DNA from: Longimicrobiales bacterium
GTDB lineage: Bacteria > Gemmatimonadota > Gemmatimonadetes > Longimicrobiales > Gaopeijiaceae
Reading direction: 5' to 3'
Length of the DNA stretch: 64,000 bases
Assembly (NCBI GenBank): GCA_965223195.1
Contig: CBDCVX010000019.1
Span: forward strand, 96,258-160,257
Part shown: piece after piece, positions 57,287 through 64,000 of the stretch
Numbering within the stretch: the stretch's first letter is position 1
Layout: every line of letters starts with the position of its first letter
Translations under genes and position numbers: made by a program
Notes under the pieces: model-generated
The model's input: the letters and a program-made list of their open reading frames with translations, nothing else
Told to the model about the DNA's origin: nothing
The model's database searches: none

Positions 57287-58366
57287 GTGGCGCTCGACGC
57301 GGCGCGTGCCGGTGCTCGCGGATGGCCGCCGCTGGCTTGTGAGAACGCGGGTCGGATGCCCTCTTGGGCGTCCATGTACTCCTCGTGCTTGATTTGCCAC
57401 GACCATCTCGGTCGCAATGATGTGGTGCGGCGCTTTCCGGTGGGCCGACGGATCGCGTTCGCGCCCGAGTCGGGCCGCATCTGGGTGATCTGCGACCGCT
57501 GCGGCGAGTGGAACCTGGCGCCCATCGAAGAGCGCTGGGAGGCCACCGCGGAGCTGGGTGAGCTGCTGACGACGCTGGGCGAGCGAGCGGTGGGCGACGA
57601 CGTATCGTTGGCTCACTCGGACCAGGTGGCGCTCATCCGGGTCGGCAAAGCCGACGGGCCCGGGTTCTCGAGCCTCCGGTATGGCGAGCGCCTCGCGGAC
57701 CGGAGCGGAAGGCGCACGCTCGCGCGACGCGCGGTGTGGACGTTACAGGGGGTGTCGACGTTGGCTGCGGGCGTAGTGGGTGGAATCGTGGGCGGCTTTT
57801 CAGGTGCTGCGTTTGCCCTGATCATCGGTGCGGCCGTGAGCGAGGTCGTCGCCAATAGGAGGAATCCTGTCGTGGCCCGCGTCCCGATCGGCGAAGGGAC
57901 GTGGGAGCCGATAAAGCGGCGGGACCTGGAAGACGCCCGGCTCGTCCCCGAAGAGGGTGGAGGGTGGCTGCTTCGCATCCGGCCGGGTCTGGAGCTGAGG
58001 GGGGATATGGCCATCGAGGCCGCCCGTTACCTGCTCCCCCGACTCAACTGGAGTGGCCAGGCCCCCGACACCCTCCGCAAGGCTTGGAACTACCTCGAGA
58101 AAAAGGGGGGGACGGCCGCCTCGGTATTCGGCGCCGCGGCGCGCCGGAGGGGGAAAGGCCGCACGGCTCGGCTTTCCAAGCTGGATCCGCACATCCGGCT
58201 CGCGTTGGAAATCGTGACCGATGGAGAGGTCGAGAGCCGCGATGTCGCCGAGAGCCTCGACCGACTCCACGAGGCTTGGGAGGCCGCCGAGGAGCTGGCG
58301 GTGATCCAAGACGAGCTCGTTTACAACCCGAAGCTCCTCAGGCGGTTTCGTGAGCTGAAAGGATGA
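57287..58366 (+). CDS. Hypothetical protein with N-terminal zinc ribbon (CxxC...CxxC) and central TM segment
   Basis: CLICHDHLG...CDRCGEWN; hydrophobic stretch LAAGVVGGIVGGFSGAAFALIIGAAV; start may be ATG 57356. Confidence 0.55.
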   Translation: MALDAARAGARGWPPLACENAGRMPSWASMYSSCLICHDHLGRNDVVRRFPVGRRIAFAPESGRIWVICDRCGEWNLAPIEERWEATAELGELLTTLGERAVGDDVSLAHSDQVALIRVGKADGPGFSSLRYGERLADRSGRRTLARRAVWTLQGVSTLAAGVVGGIVGGFSGAAFALIIGAAVSEVVANRRNPVVARVPIGEGTWEPIKRRDLEDARLVPEEGGGWLLRIRPGLELRGDMAIEAARYLLPRLNWSGQAPDTLRKAWNYLEKKGGTAASVFGAAARRRGKGRTARLSKLDPHIRLALEIVTDGEVESRDVAESLDRLHEAWEAAEELAVIQDELVYNPKLLRRFRELKG

Positions 58367-58381
58367 ACATCGGTCTGGCGC

Positions 58382-58395
58382 GTTTCCGCGGAAAC
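58382..58395. promoter_or_regulatory. Perfect 14-bp palindrome GTTTCCGCGGAAAC, copy 1 (intergenic)
   Basis: Exact inverted repeat; the identical sequence recurs at 58989 and 59855. Confidence 0.6.
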
Positions 58396-58939
58396 GTCGG
58401 GGCATTGGGATGTGGGGTTGGGAGGGCTGTTGGTGGTCCGGAGTCATCGGCTCAGGGCCCGCCGGGCCGAGCGTTGAGGGCACGTCGCGGCGAACGGCCG
58501 GCGACCGGAATCTGTGGGTTGCCGCGGCCGTCACGGCGAAACGGAAACGTGGTGGCCTTCGGAGTTCGACCGGAACGGTGGCCGGACTCTCTGCCCTTTG
58601 AAGGTCGCGGAGGGCCGGGGGCGGAACCATGTGGCGAGCGGCCGGATCGGGGTGGCGGGATCAGCTCGGTCGGCGGATCCGGGGTCAAGGGGGCGAATGG
58701 TCATCGGATGGGCCGATCTAGCCATGGACGGGTTTTGGAGTGGCAGTATTTGCGTTGGCCGTGCCTGTGGTCTACGAGGCTCATGGACGGGGCTGACCGG
58801 CCGTAGGAGCGGTGAGCCGCTTCGGCGCCGAGTCGTTTGATCTGGAGTGGCTTCGTTGACGGTCTCGCGGACGCTGAAGAAGCCGTAAAACCGCCGGTAT
58901 ATTTAGGGTATCCGATTACCCTGCTGTGACTTACCGGAG

Positions 58940-60328
58940 GTGCTTGCTTTGATCTGCGCTACGTTTGATAGGGACCCCGTTTCCGCGGAAACTTCTTCGG
59001 GCCGGTGGCCGCTGGTCGTTCGCGAGCGGCTGACGGGTTCGGCTTCTCCCGATCCCTCGGCCGACGCCGACGCCGACGAGGAGCTGTTCGATCTGGGCGA
59101 GCGCTGTGCCGAGGCCTACATGGAAGCAGCCGTGCTCGAGTCCGAGGCCATGGCCCTGCTGGCCCAGTTCGATCGGCGCGAGGGCTGGCGGCCCCAAGGC
59201 TTCGGCTCGGCCGCCGAGTGGCTGGCCTGGCGAACCGGCGTCACGCTCGGCACGGCCCGCGAACGCGTGCGCACCGCACTCGCCTTGACGCAGCTCCCGC
59301 AGACTTCCGCCGCGATGCGAAACGGCGAGCTCTCGTTCTCGAAGGTGCGGGCACTCACACGAGCCGCCACGCCCGACAACGAGGCGACGCTACTCGAGCT
59401 CGCACGGTCGGGCTCGGCCGCCATGCTCGAGCGGGTGGTGCGCGGCTGGAAGAAGCTCGACCGTGCAGGCGAGCTTCGGGCCGAACAGCTTCGGCACCGT
59501 ACCCGCACGTTCTCGGCCTGGGTCGACGACGACGGGATGGTGGTGGTCAAGGGCCGGCTCGACCCCGAGGTCGGCGCTGCGTTGATGCGCGCGGTCGAAG
59601 CGGCGAGCGATGCGCTGTTTCGTGACCCGACACAGGCGAACGGAGACGCGACGGACGACACGACGCCGGAGCAACGTCGGGCGGAGGCGGTTGGCCTGAT
59701 CGCCGAGCGGGCGCTGGCGGCGGGGCTGGGTGGTGAGGGTGTGCCGGTGAGCGGGTCCCGGGCCGAGCGTTACCAGGTGATGCTGCACGTGGACTCGGAG
59801 ACGCTGACCGAACATGGCGAGCCCGACCAGTCGGAACTCGAGGACGGGACGAGAGTTTCCGCGGAAACGTCGAGACGCATCGCGTGTGACTCCGCGGTGG
59901 TGCGGATTACACGGGATGTCGACGGCACGGTGGTCGGAGTGGGCCGTAAGACCCGGTCGGTGCCGCCGAGCGTGCGGCGCGCGTTGGAGGTGCGGGACCG
60001 TGGCTGCCGGTTCCCGGGCTGCGGGCTACGGTTTACCGATGCCCATCACGTGAAACACTGGGCGGATGGTGGCGAGACCAGCCTTGGGAATCTGGTGCTG
60101 CTCTGCCGGAAGCATCACCGGGCGGTGCACGAGGGTGGGGTGCGGGTGAGTCTGGACGTCGAGGGTGAGGTCGCGTTCTTCGCGCCGGACGGGAGGGTGC
60201 TGGCCGACGTGCCGCCGAGGCCCGATCGGCCCGATCGGCCGGGCTTCACAAAGGCCTCGGGTTCTCGCACCGTTCTTGGGATGCAGACCGTGCCTTCTTC
60301 GTCGGGGGTGAAACTATGTCGGGAGTGA
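58940..60328 (+). CDS. DUF222-HNH endonuclease (REP13E12-type HNH protein)
   Basis: DUF222 region (AEWLAWRTGVTLGTARERVRTALALTQLPQTSAAMRNGELSFSKVRALTR); HNH C-terminus (CRFPGC...HHVKHWADGGETSLGNLVLLCRKHHRAVHEGG); start GTG 58940 or TTG 58949 relative to the GGAGG at 58936. Confidence 0.8.
   Translation: MLALICATFDRDPVSAETSSGRWPLVVRERLTGSASPDPSADADADEELFDLGERCAEAYMEAAVLESEAMALLAQFDRREGWRPQGFGSAAEWLAWRTGVTLGTARERVRTALALTQLPQTSAAMRNGELSFSKVRALTRAATPDNEATLLELARSGSAAMLERVVRGWKKLDRAGELRAEQLRHRTRTFSAWVDDDGMVVVKGRLDPEVGAALMRAVEAASDALFRDPTQANGDATDDTTPEQRRAEAVGLIAERALAAGLGGEGVPVSGSRAERYQVMLHVDSETLTEHGEPDQSELEDGTRVSAETSRRIACDSAVVRITRDVDGTVVGVGRKTRSVPPSVRRALEVRDRGCRFPGCGLRFTDAHHVKHWADGGETSLGNLVLLCRKHHRAVHEGGVRVSLDVEGEVAFFAPDGRVLADVPPRPDRPDRPGFTKASGSRTVLGMQTVPSSSGVKLCRE
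58989..59002. promoter_or_regulatory. Perfect 14-bp palindrome GTTTCCGCGGAAAC, copy 2 (at the 5' end of the HNH gene)
   Basis: Exact repeat of the same 14-mer. Confidence 0.6.
59855..59868. promoter_or_regulatory. Perfect 14-bp palindrome GTTTCCGCGGAAAC, copy 3 (inside the HNH coding region); 18-nt identity with copy 1 including the flanking GTCG
   Basis: Exact repeat. Confidence 0.6.
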
Positions 60329-60332
60329 AACC

Positions 60333-61127
60333 ATGAGGCCAGGGGTCGGGATTGCCTTGCTCGCGACGATGCTGCTGCTGATCGGCTGCGGAGGAGCCAG
60401 CGAGGACGGATCCGAACAGATCGGCGACCTTGCCGAACGACAGGCCGAAGTGGCGGCGGTCGGTGCCACGGTCATGCCTTTCGATCTCGACCGCACGACC
60501 CATGTATTCGAGAAAACCGCCAACGGGGGATTGCAGCAGGTCATAGCGGATATGCGCGAACCCGATACCGACGATCAGGAGCAGATGAGGCTGATCCGAG
60601 ATCACCTCGAAGAGGAGGCCGGGCGATTCGCGGCGGGTGACTTCCACGATCCCGAGACCATCCACGGCGGTGCCATGCCCGGTCTACATGCGCTGGTTCT
60701 CGGCCACGAGCGCTTGACGATCGAGTACGAGGAGATCGAGAACGGGGCACAGATCCTCTACTCCAGTGAGGATCCGGAGCTCGTGACGGCGTTACACGCT
60801 TGGTTCGACGCGCAGGTCGAAGATCACGGAGCGCACGCGCAAGCTCATCGGTCAGGTCGGTGGCGTTCGGCTGTCCGCTCTGCCCGCCCCGCCAGCCCCA
60901 CTGCCCCGAGCCGACCGCACAGGTCCGCGAACTCCGGCGTGGGTCCTGTCCACCGTAGCTCGTCCACACTGTCGAACAACTTCGCGTCGTCCCGCAGCGT
61001 GGCCAGTCGCTTGAACAGGGCCGCGTCCGCCCGTCCCTCGACCAACGCACGGGCCAGCCGCTCCGCTCCGCGCACCTTGACCGCCCACTGTGCGGGGTCG
61101 TCCGGAATGGCTTCGACGTGCCGATAG
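60333..61127 (+). CDS. Hypothetical lipoprotein; the 3' third overlaps the convergent exonuclease gene and its true stop is uncertain
   Basis: Lipobox LLLIGCGG; starts 4 nt after the HNH stop with a GGGAG SD; the last 95 aa are low-complexity and overlap 60845-61127. Confidence 0.5.
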   Translation: MRPGVGIALLATMLLLIGCGGASEDGSEQIGDLAERQAEVAAVGATVMPFDLDRTTHVFEKTANGGLQQVIADMREPDTDDQEQMRLIRDHLEEEAGRFAAGDFHDPETIHGGAMPGLHALVLGHERLTIEYEEIENGAQILYSSEDPELVTALHAWFDAQVEDHGAHAQAHRSGRWRSAVRSARPASPTAPSRPHRSANSGVGPVHRSSSTLSNNFASSRSVASRLNRAASARPSTNARASRSAPRTLTAHCAGSSGMASTCR

Positions 61128-61741
61128 TGCGCCAGCAGCGTAGCGCTGGACTTGGCGCCCCAGCCCGGAAGGCCCGGGAAGCCGTCGGCCGAGTCTCCGA
61201 CCAGTGCGAGGTAGTCCGGAATCGACCGGGGACCCACGCCGAACTTCTCCACCACGCCGGCCTCGTCCCGTAGGATTCGCTGACGGCGGTCGAACTGGAC
61301 GATTCGGGTGCCGCGCACGCATTGGGCCAAGTCCTTGTCGGGGGTGCAGATGAGCACTCGACGCACTCGGCGATCCTCGCTCGCCAGCCTTGCCGCCGCC
61401 GCCAACCCGTCGTCGGCCTCCTGCTCGACCATGGGCCATACCACCACCCCCATCGCGCGAAGCGCGTCTTCAAGCGGATGGAACTGGCGGAACAGCTCGG
61501 GATCGATACCCTCCCCGGTTTTGTAGCCGGGCCACAGCTCGTTGCGGAAGGACTCGATCACGTGATCGGTAGCCACGCCGACGTGGGTCGCGCCCGTCTC
61601 CAGCATATAGAGCACGCTGCCCAACACGCCGATGAGCGCTCCGACCTCGCGGCCCTGATGGTCCTTGGCAGACGGCACCGCGTAGAAGTGGCGGAACAGC
61701 TCGTAGGTGCCGTCGACCAGGTGGACCTCGAGTTCTTCCAT
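60845..61741 (-). CDS. 5'-3' exonuclease / flap endonuclease (Xni/ExoIX-like, Pol I N-terminal domain homologue)
   Basis: HLVDGTYELFRHFYA..., ...VVWPMVEQEADDGLAAAA..., C-terminal H3TH region GFPGLPGWGAKSSATLL. Confidence 0.85.
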   Translation of the reverse strand: MEELEVHLVDGTYELFRHFYAVPSAKDHQGREVGALIGVLGSVLYMLETGATHVGVATDHVIESFRNELWPGYKTGEGIDPELFRQFHPLEDALRAMGVVVWPMVEQEADDGLAAAARLASEDRRVRRVLICTPDKDLAQCVRGTRIVQFDRRQRILRDEAGVVEKFGVGPRSIPDYLALVGDSADGFPGLPGWGAKSSATLLAHYRHVEAIPDDPAQWAVKVRGAERLARALVEGRADAALFKRLATLRDDAKLFDSVDELRWTGPTPEFADLCGRLGAVGLAGRAERTAERHRPDR

Positions 61742-61896
61742 CGTGCTGTCCGTCAGCGGCTCGTAAATGGCGGCGCTCCCCGGCGGCGATGTCGTTCAGC
61801 GAGGGTCCGGCTCGTGCGAGACGGCGGCCCATTCGTCCGGGCCGACTCGGCATCCTATCATGGGGGCACGGATTCCCACCTCCAAGGAGGCGCACG

Positions 61897-63966
61897 ATGG
61901 CACTCGCTCGGCGTTCCGTTCCCGCATCGGCATTGCTCGTGCTCTTGTCTGCGTTGCCGGCAGTTCTCCCGTCGGCGCTGGCCGGGCAAGAGACTCCGCC
62001 GGACGACAGGCTGCACGTCGCCCAGTACCTGGATCTGGAGAACGTGTCCGATCCCCAGATTTCCCCTGACGGATCGCGGATCGTCTATACCCGGTCGTGG
62101 GTGGACAAGACTCGGGATCGCTGGGAGTCCTCCATCTGGGTGATGCAGTCGGACGGGTCGCGCAACCGGTTCCTGGTGGACGGATCCCGGCCACGCTGGT
62201 CACCCGACGGGAGCCGGATCGCCTACCTGGACCAGGGGGATCCCGAGGGGACGCAGCTCTTCGTGCGTTGGATGGACGCGGAAGGAGCGACCTCCCAGGT
62301 GACCAGGGAAGAGCACACTCCGCGATCGCACACGTGGAGTCCCGACGGCGAGTCGCTCTACTTCACCCGGTTCGTGCCCGAGCCCAACACCTTCCCGATC
62401 GACCTGCCGTCGCCCCCGGAGGGTGCCAAGTGGACCGCTCCGCCCCGGATCGTCGATCGCGTACACTTTCGACGGGACCGAGTGGGGTTCGTGGACGACG
62501 GTTGGACCCACGTGTTCCGCGTGCCTGCGGATGGAGGCACGGCCACCGCCCTCACGTCCGGCCCGTGGAACGCCTCCGGCGGGTTTGATGTGGCCCCGGA
62601 CGGGCGGACGCTGGTGTTCGCCGGCCTCATGGACCAGGACGACGACGTCCGCTATCGCGAGTCGCACATCTACGCGATGGACCTCGCTTCCGGGGAGACC
62701 CGTCAGCTCACGGACCGCAAAGGACCGTGGGGCCAGCCGCGCGTGTCTCCCGACGGACGCCTCGTGGCATTCACGGGCTTCGACTGGACGTCGCAGACGT
62801 ACAAGACCACCGAGCTGCACGTGATCGGGCTGGACGGCTCGGGCTGGGCGCCGCTGTCACGCGGCTTCGACCGAGACGCCGGCAGCCACCGCTGGGCTCC
62901 GGATTCACGCAGTGTGTACTTCGTGGCGGGGGACCGCGGCTCGATGAACGTGCACCGGGTCACGCTCGACGGCGCGGTCACCGCCGTAACGGAGGGCGTG
63001 CACATGCTGCGCATGACGTCGCTCTCTCACGACGGGACGGGAGTCGGGGTGCGCACGTCCTTCCACGAGCCCAACGACGTGGTTCGCTACTCACTCTCGG
63101 ATTCGGGTTCGCTCGAGGTTCTGACACAGGTGAATGCGGACATCCTGTCCGGCAAAGACTTGGGGGAGGTGGAGGAGATCTGGTACACCTCGACCGATGA
63201 CGCGCAGGTGCAGGGCTGGATCGTGAAGCCGCCGGACTTCGACCCGGGCCAGCAGTACCCCATGATCCTCCACATCCACGGTGGTCCCCACGGCATGTAC
63301 AACGTGGGCTTCAACTACGCGTACCAGAACTTCGCCGCCAACGGCTACGTGGTCCTCTATACCAATCCCCGCGGAAGCACCGGATACGGCACGGATTTCG
63401 GAAACGCGATCGACAACGGCTATCCCAGCGTGGATTACGACGACCTGATCGCAGGGGTCGACGCCGTGCTGGAGCGGGGATACGTGAACTCCGATCAGCT
63501 CTACGTCACGGGGTGTTCGGGCGGGGGCGTGTTGACCACGTGGGTCATCGGCCAGACGGACCGGTTCGCCGCCGCGGCGGCCCGTTGCCCGGTCACCAAC
63601 TGGATGAGCTTCGCCGGAACGGCCGACATCGTCACCTGGGGATACTACCGATACGAGGGCTATCCCTGGACCAATCCCGAGAAGTATCTGGAGCACTCCC
63701 CGCTGATGTACGTCGGGAACGTGACCACGCCGACGCTGCTCATGACGGGTGAGCTGGACCTGCGTACCCCCATGTCCCAGACGGAGGAGTACTACCAGGC
63801 GCTCAAAGCCGAGGGGGTCGAGACGCTGCTGCTCCGTTTCAATGACGAGTACCACGGCACGTCGAGCAAGCCGTCCAACTTCATGCGGACGCAGCTCTAC
63901 CTGATGAAGTGGTTCGAGAAGTACGGCGCCGCGCCTCGCACCGTGACCGACGCGCCCGACGGCTGA
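61897..63966 (+). CDS. S9-family serine peptidase (prolyl oligopeptidase / acylaminoacyl-peptidase-like) with N-terminal beta-propeller
   Basis: WD40-like beta-propeller repeats (SPDGSRIVY..., SPDGSRIAY...); catalytic GCSGGG nucleophile elbow, Asp and His in the C-terminal alpha/beta-hydrolase domain; AGGAGG SD 6 nt before ATG 61897. Confidence 0.85.
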   Translation: MALARRSVPASALLVLLSALPAVLPSALAGQETPPDDRLHVAQYLDLENVSDPQISPDGSRIVYTRSWVDKTRDRWESSIWVMQSDGSRNRFLVDGSRPRWSPDGSRIAYLDQGDPEGTQLFVRWMDAEGATSQVTREEHTPRSHTWSPDGESLYFTRFVPEPNTFPIDLPSPPEGAKWTAPPRIVDRVHFRRDRVGFVDDGWTHVFRVPADGGTATALTSGPWNASGGFDVAPDGRTLVFAGLMDQDDDVRYRESHIYAMDLASGETRQLTDRKGPWGQPRVSPDGRLVAFTGFDWTSQTYKTTELHVIGLDGSGWAPLSRGFDRDAGSHRWAPDSRSVYFVAGDRGSMNVHRVTLDGAVTAVTEGVHMLRMTSLSHDGTGVGVRTSFHEPNDVVRYSLSDSGSLEVLTQVNADILSGKDLGEVEEIWYTSTDDAQVQGWIVKPPDFDPGQQYPMILHIHGGPHGMYNVGFNYAYQNFAANGYVVLYTNPRGSTGYGTDFGNAIDNGYPSVDYDDLIAGVDAVLERGYVNSDQLYVTGCSGGGVLTTWVIGQTDRFAAAAARCPVTNWMSFAGTADIVTWGYYRYEGYPWTNPEKYLEHSPLMYVGNVTTPTLLMTGELDLRTPMSQTEEYYQALKAEGVETLLLRFNDEYHGTSSKPSNFMRTQLYLMKWFEKYGAAPRTVTDAPDG

Positions 63967-64000
63967 CGTCCGAGCGGAGTTCGCGCGGCCCCCGAGGAGC

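Noticed and set aside
58363-58806. 147-aa ORF in the 575-bp leader upstream of the HNH gene
   Set aside because: Gly/Arg-rich, no SD and no family; the region is more plausibly regulatory or noncoding (contains the palindromes)
1-64000. tRNA, rRNA or tmRNA genes
   Set aside because: I scanned the larger intergenic regions (7.77-8.15 kb, 15.74-16.08 kb, 45.43-45.70 kb, 58.37-58.94 kb) for T-loop GGTTCGANTCC-type signatures and cloverleaf symmetry and found none; this cannot be fully excluded without tRNAscan/Infernal

Overview
This is a 64-kb, very high-GC (roughly 68-70%) chromosomal window from a Gram-negative-type (diderm) bacterium. It encodes OmpA, Omp85-like, secretin-N, flotillin/NfeD and an ADOP-type FtsX permease, a mix that points to an Acidobacteriota/Gemmatimonadota-like lineage. 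At this GC content nearly every real gene carries long spurious antisense or out-of-frame ORFs, so I called genes from recognisable protein families, signal peptides, SD motifs and ATGA/overlap coupling rather than ORF length. I support about 55 CDSs. They include HU, a formyltransferase-NodB deacetylase fusion, cytidine deaminase, a TSP3-repeat OmpA protein, RecQ, an ECF sigma/anti-sigma/secreted-protein operon, a parallel beta-helix protein, cyclophilin, an SSS transporter with its DUF3311 partner, a Usp/PAS-histidine kinase/NarL/CBS stress cluster, amidase, Ca2+/H+ antiporter, a flotillin-NfeD pair, M19 dipeptidase, an NHS-type MFS transporter, an MBOAT+SGNH O-acyltransferase pair, a GMC + Gfo/Idh/MocA oxidoreductase pair, PAS-GGDEF-EAL, an Omp85-like outer-membrane protein, an orphan MacB/FtsX (ADOP) permease, a DUF222-HNH endonuclease, an Xni-like 5'-3' exonuclease and an S9 peptidase. 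I found no rRNA, tRNA or CRISPR array. The non-genic features worth attention are a 129-bp noncoding tandem repeat (about 2.2-2.4 copies) at 36.8-37.1 kb; a perfect 14-bp palindrome GTTTCCGCGGAAAC present three times in and around the DUF222-HNH gene, next to a 575-bp noncoding, locally lower-GC stretch, which looks like a small mobile or regulated module; and several clean rho-independent terminators between convergent genes. I did not find a clearly new multi-gene system (defence or otherwise). The best candidates for follow-up are the HNH/palindrome module, the tandem repeat, the formyltransferase-deacetylase fusion and the 44.3-48.6 kb cluster of uncharacterised secreted/membrane proteins.
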